Positions 1 through 6,745 of a stretch of 11,059 nucleotides of DNA are shown here, in pieces. The stretch comes from Octopus sinensis (Eukaryota): assembly GCF_006345805.1 (NCBI RefSeq), contig NW_021827149.1, forward strand, positions 1 to 11,059, given 5' to 3'. The position numbers and the translations under genes were made by a program. Within the stretch, counting starts at the first letter, position 1. Each line of letters starts with the position of its first letter. The notes beneath the pieces were generated by a model, which saw only the letters and a list, made by a program, of their open reading frames with translations, had not been told where the DNA came from and did no database searches.

Positions 1-86
1 TGTGAGAAAAAAAAAAAATTGAAGGGCGATCATTTCAGTTTTACTACATCAAATAGTTGATATACGTACAGTTGTAGACCAATTAC

Positions 87-150
87 TTCCGGGTTCAGTG
101 ACTGCCTAGCACCTTAGCAAGGTTTTCTACTGTAACATTGGACCGGCCAA
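87..150 (+). mobile_element. Degenerate 5'/core fragment of the CORE-like tRNA SINE (same family as 3807-4247)
   Basis: ttccgggttcagtgactgcctagcaccttagcaaggttttctactgtaacattggaccggccaa aligns by eye with 3856-3922 (ttctgggttcagtcccactgcatggcaccatgggcaagtgtcttctactatagcctcgagccgaccaa). Confidence 0.6.
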
Positions 151-151
151 T

Positions 152-152
<1 letters not shown>

Positions 153-215
<63 letters not shown>

Positions 216-275
216 TATTATTATTATCATTATTGTTATTATTATTGTTATTGTTATTGTTGTTGTTGTTGTTGC

Positions 276-326
<51 letters not shown>
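153..326. repeat. (TAT)n/(TAA)n microsatellite with a (TGT)n interruption
   Basis: Directly visible; source of the poly-Y/C ORF 138..416. Confidence 0.98.
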
Positions 327-327
<1 letters not shown>

Positions 328-694
328 ATTCAGTAATTTTATTTTTATATTGTGCTTTCACTTTACTACTACCAGCACAGCTCTGTGTGCCTTGGGTATG
401 TGCTGTGGTTTGCTGAGATGCTCTTATGGTTTCTGTATTGAAAGTGTTTTACGTAGGATGTGTGCAATACCTAGTAGTGCCATTTTCTGTATGTTATATA
501 TATTTGTTAGTCTTGGTGCTTTTTTTATCATACCTAATGCACCCACTAAGATAGGAATTGTTTTTGTTTTTAGACTCCACATTCTATTTCCTCTATTTCC
601 AGGTCTTTGTATTTTGAAAATTTCTCCATTTCTTTTAGAGAGACGTTGTCATCTCTTGGTTTTGATACATCGATTAGGAAGCATTTTAAAAATA

Positions 695-697
<3 letters not shown>
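327..697 (-). mobile_element. 5'-truncated R4/Dong-type non-LTR retrotransposon, family A (REL endonuclease C-terminus + 3' UTR), frameshifted
   Basis: Manual minus-strand translation from about 683: KCFLIDVSKPRDDNVSLKEMEKFSKYKDLEIE/(frameshift)MWSLKTKTIPILVGALGMIKKAPRLTNIYNIQKMALLGIAHILRKTLSIQKP* (stop 424-426). The D...K-x2-KY and VGALG motifs are typical of R4-clade REL domains. About 100 bp of 3' UTR runs into (TAA)n. Confidence 0.88.

Positions 698-766
<69 letters not shown>
698..766. repeat. (TAT)n/(TAA)n microsatellite between the two R4/Dong fragments
   Basis: Directly visible near-perfect TAT run. Confidence 0.98.
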
Positions 767-768
<2 letters not shown>

Positions 769-1308
769 TGTTATTATTGCCTTTGCACAGCTTCTAACGC
801 TGGAGATGTACTACAGTGCCATCTGTTCACTACCAGTGAACTAAGGTAACACCTCTTATTTTTCGAGCACCTTCCGGAGTATTCGAGCGATTCCAAGTAG
901 TGCTGTTTTCTGCAAGTGCCCCACCCTTATTGCAGTCCTATTGTTCCACGTACTTCTCGAGATTTTTGCTCACTGTTCCCAGGGCTCCGACAATTATTGG
1001 TACTAGACCACAACTGCTTAACTTCCCAAGCTAACCTGTCATATCTCTCAACTTTTCTTTCTTCTTTATCGCATACCTTGTCGACTGGGGCATGATATAT
1101 CTATGATCCAGCATAGTTTGTTTTCTTTCTTAATTAAGACTGTCTCGCTTCCTATTCTCTATTTCCTGGTCGCCCTGAATCATAAAATCTTATAAGATCT
1201 TTGCATTCCTATTTTCGACGATGCCTTCTGGTTTGTGGCCGTACCAATTCTTTGCTCTGGCAAGTCCATGCTTGTGGACAAACCTGGCTATATTGTCATA
1301 ACTCTCTG
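767..1308 (-). mobile_element. 5'-truncated R4/Dong-type non-LTR retrotransposon, family B (end of zinc-knuckle region + REL endonuclease + 3' UTR), decayed
   Basis: Manual minus-strand translation with frameshifts: YDNIARFVHKHGLARAKNWYGHKPEGIVENRNAKIL*DFMIQGDQEIENRKRD/VLIKKENKLCWIIDISC/DKVCDKEERKVERYDRLAWEVKQLWS/VPIIVGALGTVSKNLEKYVEQ/IRVGHLQKTALLGIARILRKVLEK* (stop 856-858). The (P)D...D...K..RY and VGALG motifs are present. Confidence 0.9.
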
Positions 1309-1342
1309 TATTATTATTATTATTATTATTACAATTTCATAT

Positions 1343-1386
<44 letters not shown>
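1309..1386. repeat. (TAT)n followed by (AT)n microsatellite
   Basis: TAT run 1309-1331, AT run about 1339-1386. Confidence 0.95.
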
Positions 1387-1567
1387 CCAAGGAGGTGGTG
1401 TATTTCAAATTGATGTAATGCTTGCATTAGTCGATTAAATGGAGCCGCTGAAACGGTCGGTAATACACTAATAACTGGACATTTTCTGCTTTTTATTCAC
1501 CTTACTTCGGACTGTGTGGATAATACCGAACTGACTTGGTGCCTCATATTAAATATCTAATATTAAT

Positions 1568-1620
<53 letters not shown>

Positions 1621-1834
1621 GTGTCTGCGACTTTGTGATTGTGTATCTCCCTCACCACCGCCTGACAACCGGTGTTGTCCTCTTAACTTAGCGGTTCAGC
1701 ATTAGTGATCGATAGAATTAGCACCGGGCATAAAAATGCTTAAGTACTGGAGTAAATTCGCTCGGTTAAAACCCTTCGAGTCGGTGCCCAAGAATGGTCG
1801 CCGTCCAATGACTGAAATAAGCGAAAGATGAAAG
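1568..1834 (+). mobile_element. 3' half of the CORE-like SINE, starting at its internal (TA)n(TG)n microsatellite (diverged copy)
   Basis: After (TG)n: ccctcaccaccgcctgacaaccggtg...taacttagcggttcagc...gatagaattagcacc...ggtgcccaagaatggtcgccgtccaatgactgaaataagc aligns with 4056-4240. Confidence 0.85.
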
Positions 1835-1915
1835 ATTAGCTAAATCTAGAGATAACCTATGAGAATCAACAAACCACAACTCATGTAATCAACGTTGCAG
1901 ATAGCAATTATTTAT

Positions 1916-2061
1916 TCTTTTCTACTTTAGGCACGAGACCTGAAATTTTGGGAGAGGGGCCAATCAGTTAGATTGACCCAAGTATGCAACAGGTATTTCA
2001 TTTATCAATCCCGAATGGATGAAAGGCAAAGTCGACCCCGGCGGAATTTGAACTCAGAACG
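1916..2061 (-). mobile_element. tRNA-derived SINE family 1, copy A (5'-truncated)
   Basis: ggatgaaaggcaaagtcgaccccggcggaatttgaactcagaacg is the reverse complement of the B-box/core seen in copy D (2568-2620). Confidence 0.88.
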
Positions 2062-2088
2062 ATAGAAATTATTTATTGCAAATAATTA

Positions 2089-2275
2089 TTTCAAATTTTG
2101 GTATAAGGCCAGCAACTTCGGGAAGAAGCTAAGTAGATTACGACGACCCAAGTACACAACTGGTACTTAATTTATCGATCCGGAATGGATGAAAGATACT
2201 CAGAATTCTAAAACGGACGAAATGTTGCAAAGCATTTTGCCCGGCGTGGTTAAGATTCTACCAGCTCGCCACCTT
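2089..2275 (-). mobile_element. SINE family 1, copy B (small internal deletion removing most of the B box)
   Basis: Ends with gcattttgcccggcgtggttaagattctaccagctcgccacctta, the reverse complement of the head. ggatgaaag is joined directly to atactcagaa. Confidence 0.88.
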
Positions 2276-2303
2276 ATTCAACTGTAATATTAAAGGATCA
2301 TTT

Positions 2304-2499
2304 AAGGCGACGAGCTGGCAGAATCGTTACCACGCCGGGCAAAATGCATATGGGCATGTCGTCCATCTCTACGTTCTGAGTTCGAATTCCGTCGAGGCCG
2401 ACTTTGCCTTTCATCATATTTTCATAGAATAAGTACCGGATGAACAATGGGGTCGATGTAATCGATTTTCGACCTCCTCAGAAAATTGTTGGCATTTTG
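2304..2499 (+). mobile_element. SINE family 1, copy C
   Basis: Head aaggcgacgagctggcagaatcgttaccacgccgggcaaaatgc; B box gagttcgaattcc; core gactttgcctttcatc; gggtcgatgtaatcga. Confidence 0.9.
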
Positions 2500-2500
2500 T

Positions 2501-2735
2501 AAGGCGGCGAGCTGGCAGAAACGTTAGCATGCCGGGCAAAATGCTGAGCGGTATTTCCTCTGCCGTTACGTTCTGAGTTCAAATTCCGCCGAGTTCAACT
2601 TTGCCTTTCATCCTTTGGGGATCGATGAAATAAGTACCAGTTACGCACTGGGGTCGATGTAATCGACTTAATACCTTTGTCTATCCTTGTTTGTCCCCTC
2701 TATGTTTAGCCCCATGTGGGCAATAAAGAAATAAG
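2501..2735 (+). mobile_element. SINE family 1, copy D (full length, subfamily with the ctttgtctatccttgtttgtcccctctatgtttagccc tail)
   Basis: Head ggcggcgagctggcagaaacgttagc; B box GTTCAAATTCC 2577-2587; core ctttgcctttcatcctttggggatcgatgaaataagtaccag. Confidence 0.92.
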
Positions 2736-2878
2736 AAACGTTAGCATACAGGGCGGAATGCGTAGTGATATTTCCTCTGTCTTTACGTTCTGAGTTCAAA
2801 TTCCACCGAGGTCGACTTACTCTTTCACCCTTTCGGCGTCTTTAAATTAATTTCCAGTTTGTGCATAGAGTAGAAAAG
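2736..2878 (+). mobile_element. SINE family 1, copy E (internally deleted)
   Basis: aaacgttagcatacagggcggaatgc...tacgttctgagttcaaattccaccgaggtcgac...tttcaccctttcggcgtc, then jumps to the tail gtgcatagagtagaaaag. Confidence 0.85.
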
Positions 2879-2898
2879 GGTATGGTAAATTTCAAAAG

Positions 2899-2950
2899 AT
2901 TCAAATGCCACAGGATTCGACGTTGCCTTTCGTTATTTCGGGTTCGATAA
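2899..2950 (+). mobile_element. SINE family 1, short degenerate core fragment F
   Basis: ttcaaatgccacaggattcgacgttgcctttcgttatttcgggttcgataa resembles the family core. Confidence 0.6.
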
Positions 2951-2956
2951 TATATA

Positions 2957-3178
2957 TCTCTTTACTACACACAAGGGCTAAACATAGAGGGACAACAAGG
3001 ACAGACAAAGGATAAGTTGATTACATCAACCCCAGTGCGTAACTGGTACTTAATTTATCGACCCCGAAAGGATGAAAGGCAAAGTCGACCTCGGCGGAAT
3101 TAGAACTCAGAACGTAACGACAGACGAAATGCCGCTAAGCATTTCGCCCAGCACGCTAACGCTTCTGCCAGCTCGCCG
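2957..3178 (-). mobile_element. SINE family 1, copy G (full length, same tail subfamily as D)
   Basis: The reverse complement aligns with copy D along its whole length, including gttacgcactgggg and the ctttgtctgtccttgttgtccctctatgtttagccc tail. Confidence 0.92.
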
Positions 3179-3251
3179 ATAATATAAGTGCCTTAACCTC
3201 TCTCCGAAATTACAAAACCTTTGCAAATATTAACATATGAATGTATGCAAT

Positions 3252-3448
3252 AAAGGGGTGAGCTAATGAAGAATGCTAATGAAAAATGCCTAGGGGCGTT
3301 TCTTCTGACATTTTGGTCTCTTAGTTCAAATAAAACAGAGGTCAACCTTTCCTTTCATGGCTTCGAGAGTCAATAAATTAAAGTACTCGTCAAGTACTGG
3401 TGTTGATGTAATTGACTTGTCTCCTCACTTCAAAAATTACTAACCTTG
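3252..3448 (+). mobile_element. SINE family 1, old diverged copy H
   Basis: aaggggtgagct...ttagttcaaat...gaggtcaacctttcctttcat...gtcaataaattaaagtac...agtactggtgttgatgtaattgact follows the family layout with many substitutions. Confidence 0.7.
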
Positions 3449-3489
3449 AACTCAATACAAATGAAAAACAAATCCGTGGTATAATACTA

Positions 3490-3560
3490 CAGTAATCCCT
3501 CACCATATCGCGGTTCACCTATCGCGGTTCACCTATCGCGGTTCAACTATCGCAGTTTAT
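3490..3560 (+). mobile_element. Terminal fragment of a Tc1/mariner-superfamily (Tigger/pogo-like) DNA transposon or MITE
   Basis: TA followed by CAGTAATCCCTC...TATCGCGG, which resembles recalled Tigger-type termini. No matching inverted partner was found in the window. Confidence 0.55.
3506..3558 (+). repeat. 14-bp tandem repeat (tatcgcggttcacc) x about 3.8
   Basis: Units start at 3506, 3520, 3534 and 3548; the last two are slightly diverged. Confidence 0.95.
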
Positions 3561-3589
3561 TATTCAAGCTTATGTCGACTCCTCCGTGA

Positions 3590-3593
3590 ATAG

Positions 3594-3677
<84 letters not shown>

Positions 3678-3678
3678 G

Positions 3679-3741
<63 letters not shown>

Positions 3742-3759
3742 CCCTCTCTCTCTTTCTCA

Positions 3760-3806
<47 letters not shown>
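3590..3806. repeat. Compound microsatellite (TCTA)n-(TC)n-(TA)n
   Basis: Directly visible; source of the YLSI-repeat ORF 3586..3807. Confidence 0.98.
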
Positions 3807-4247
3807 GTCGCAGGAGTGGTTGTGTGGTAAGTAGCTTGTTTACCAACCACATGGTTCTGGGTTCAGTCCCACTGCATGGCACCATGGGCAAGTGTCTTCT
3901 ACTATAGCCTCGAGCCGACCAAAGCCTTGTGAGTGGATTTGGTAGACGGAAACTGAAAGAAGCCCATCGTATATATGTGTATATATATATATATGTTTGT
4001 ATGTGTGTGTGTTTGTGTATATGTATGTGTGTGTATATATTTGTGTGTTTGTGTTTGTCTCCCCAACATCGCTTAACAACTGATGCAGGTGTGTTTACCT
4101 CCCCGTAACTTAGCGGTTCAGCAAAAAGTGAACGATAGAATAAGTTCTAGGCTTAGAAAGAATAAGTCCTGGGGCTGACTTGCTCGACTAAAGGCGGTGC
4201 TCCAGCATGGCCACAGTCAAATGGCTGAAATAAGTAACAGTAAAATA
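3807..4247 (+). mobile_element. Full-length tRNA-derived CORE-like SINE (family 2) with an internal (TA)/(TG) microsatellite at about 3970-4055
   Basis: A-box-like TGGTTGTGTGG 3817-3827; B-box-like GGTTCAGTCC 3860-3869; ggcaccatgggcaagtgtcttc (3878-3899) resembles the MIR/CORE motif gaccttgggcaagtcactt; 3' end ggcggtgctccagcatggccacagtcaaatggctgaaataagtaacag. Confidence 0.9.
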
Positions 4248-4462
4248 GTATATATATATATATATATGCATGTATGTATGTATGTAAGTATGTATGTATG
4301 TATGTATGTATGTATGTATGTATCTGAATATATATAGCCATACATATAAATACATATATGTATACATGTATCTTTTAACCTTGTTTGTGTGCGTGTGTGT
4401 GTGTGCGTGTGTGTGTGTGCGTATTAAACACACACAGACACAGACATATATGAACACACATT
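4248..4462. repeat. Microsatellite cluster (TA)n, (TATG)n, (TG)n, (CA)n
   Basis: Directly visible; source of ORFs 4153..4341, 4188..4457 and 4294..4518. Confidence 0.95.
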
Positions 4463-4634
4463 CTCGTATGCAAGTATGTGGATTAGTGAGTAAGCGAGTT
4501 TGGAATGAATATATATGAAATGAAACGTTAAGATAAACCGAGAGAGAGAGAGCGAGACATGAGGGAAGAGGGAAGAGTGCTCAATAAAGATGTTTGTTTT
4601 AATAACAGTAACAGTAACCTATTAACTCTTCCAT

Positions 4635-4645
4635 TACCACCACCG

Positions 4646-4688
<43 letters not shown>

Positions 4689-4772
4689 CACTACTACCAC
4701 TACCACCACCACCACCACTACCACTACTACTACCGCCACCAACGCCACCACCACCACCACCACCACCACCGC

Positions 4773-4808
<36 letters not shown>

Positions 4809-5128
4809 CACCAATACCACCACCAACGCCACCACCACCACCACCACCACTACTACTACTACCACCACCACCAATACCACCACCACCGCCATCACCACCA
4901 CCATCATCACCACCACCATCATCACCACCACCGCTACTACTACTACTACTACTACTAATACTACTACTACTACCACCACCACCACCACCACCACCACCAC
5001 CACCATCACTACCACTACTACTACTACTACTACTACCACCAATACCACCACCGCCGCCACCACCACCACCACCACCACCACTATCACCACCACCGCTATA
5101 CTACTACTACTACTACTACTACTACTAC
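4635..5128. repeat. About 490-bp compound trinucleotide block (CCA)n/(CTA)n
   Basis: Alternating runs of cca/cac and cta/tac; source of the poly-P/L and poly-V ORFs. Confidence 0.98.
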
Positions 5129-5246
5129 ATCTAACGCAGCCTTGTCCACTGCTGTTGCTGTTGCTACCTAGGGATGTTTTTTCACAATGTGTTGTGTATG
5201 TAAATACAAATTGTTTTGATTTTCATTGGTGTTGTTCTTCTTGCAG

Positions 5247-5268
5247 AAACGAAGCTGCAGCTCTGTTG
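5247..5268 (+). other. Possible 22-nt host micro-exon
   Basis: Acceptor-like ttgttcttcttgcag (AG 5245-5246) and donor-like TG|gtaatg (GT 5269-5270). No protein identity recognised. Confidence 0.15.
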
Positions 5269-5524
5269 GTAATGAGGTCTTAATTTCTTTAATGTCAAGA
5301 GAAATATAAACAGGGATGTTACTGGCACATGCAAATTTGAAAAAGTTGCGATATCTTCTCAGAAATAATAATAATAATAAAAAGAAAGAAGAAGAAATGA
5401 AAATACAGAAAAAACAACAGAATAAATAAAAGTAAATAAATAAATAAATAGAATTCCGTATTTAGAAAGAGTCTTCAGATTTACTAATGAATTCAATATG
5501 AATATTGAAAAACGACGTTGGTAA

Positions 5525-5786
5525 AATAGTAATAACAACAACAATAATAATAATAATATAATAATAGTAATAATAATAAGAGGAAAATCAACAACAAGAT
5601 AATAGTAGTAGTAGAGAGTAGTAGTAGTGGTGGTGGTGGTGGTGGTGGTGGTGGTGGTGGTGGTGGTGGTGGTGGTGGTGTGGTGGTGGTGTGTAGTGTA
5701 GTAGTGTAGTAGTAGTAGTAGTAGTAGTTAGTAGTAGTAGTAGTAGTAGTAGTAGTGTAGTAGTGGTGATGGTGGTGGTGGTGGTG

Positions 5787-5817
<31 letters not shown>

Positions 5818-5865
5818 CAGCAGCAGCAGCAGCAGCAGTAGTAGAGTAGTAGAGTAGTAGTAGTA
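5525..5865. repeat. Compound trinucleotide block (AAT/AAC)n, (GTA)n, (GGT)n, (GCA)n
   Basis: Directly visible. The (GGT)/(TAG) part is the reverse-complement type of 4635-5128. Confidence 0.97.
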
Positions 5866-5962
5866 ATATTGGGCCAGGAATAAGATAAGATGAAAAACGA
5901 TAAGATGAAAAGCGAAAGAAAAAAGACGAAAAAAAAGAAAATTAAAAGAAAAATAAAAGACA

Positions 5963-6040
5963 AATGTGTGTGTATGCATACACACACACAGATATATATA
6001 TATATATATATAATATATATTATATATATATATATATATA

Positions 6041-6086
<46 letters not shown>

Positions 6087-6230
6087 GCATATTATATATA
6101 TGTATATGTATATATATATATGTTTATATATGTATATGTGTGTGTGTGTATAAATATTATACATGCACGTGTGCTTTACACTCGCACCCACCCACCCACA
6201 CACACACACACATATATACACATATATATA
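5963..6230. repeat. (TG)/(CA)/(TA) dinucleotide microsatellite cluster
   Basis: Directly visible. Confidence 0.96.
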
Positions 6231-6745
6231 CAGTGTGGTACCCCAAAGAGATCGGAATTTTGCAATATTATTTTATTCACCAAGTTTTACATGTTTACAC
6301 AATTTTCTTTCGCCTTCAATTAATTCTACATTTGAAGCAATGCATCAGTCCAAACACGTTTTCTACTGTTCGAAGCAGTGCTGGAACTCTTGTGAAGTGA
6401 TGCCTTTTAATGCCTCCGTCGTTTTTCCTTCGCCTTTTCCACATCTGCAAATTCCGTAGCACCAGCCGTCGTCAATAGTGATGGCCTTTGAATAAAGGTC
6501 CGGATCAATTTCCGGCTGTTCTTTCAGTTCACGACACGCATTCAGTCGTGACTCCTTTTGATCTTACGTGCGCAAGCGATGCACAAATTTTGCTGCAAGT
6601 CTTTTCATTCGCAATTCCACGCTCAAAATTCGTTGGCTGGATCACCGGGACACACCGGTCTTATCAAAAAGTTCGTCAATTGTTCGTGTGACGGTGATCG
6701 AAGATTAGTTCATGAATATTCATTATGTCTTCATTCGTTCGGGAG
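6231..6745 (-). mobile_element. Mariner (DD34D-type) transposon relic: 3' TIR, transposase C-terminus and middle region, with internal deletion and 5' truncation
   Basis: TA at 6229-6230 then terminus cagtgtggtaccccaaagagatcggaattttg. Manual minus-strand translation: SRTNEDIMNIHELIFDHRH/RTIDELFDKTGVSR*SSQRILSVELRMKRLAAKFVHRLRT*DQKESRLNACRELKEQPEIDPDLYSKAITIDDGWCYG|FADVEKAKEK/TEALKGITSQEFQHCFEQ*KTCLD*CIASNVELIEGE. KFVHRL (6573-6590) corresponds to the WVPHEL motif and ITIDDGWCYG (6453-6482) to ITGDESW (first catalytic D). Confidence 0.92.

Noticed and set aside
138-849. ORFs 138..416, 350..844 and 607..849 as genes
   Set aside because: They consist of (TAT)n translations plus the antisense strand of the R4/Dong fragments.
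87-1834. One family 2 SINE split by the R4/Dong insertions (head at 87-150, tail at 1568-1834)
   Set aside because: About 180 bp of other sequence (1387-1567) intervenes and may itself hold a decayed 5' part of the second copy, so the two pieces cannot be shown to be one insertion.
3506-3558. CRISPR-like or iteron-like array
   Set aside because: The units are directly adjacent with no spacers, only 14 bp long, and in a eukaryotic context.
3586-6153. Long low-complexity ORFs (YLSI repeats, poly-P/L 191 aa, poly-V 164 aa, 242-aa mixed ORF) as extensin- or mucin-like proteins
   Set aside because: They are stop-free only because they are di-, tri- and tetranucleotide microsatellites, open in several frames and on both strands.
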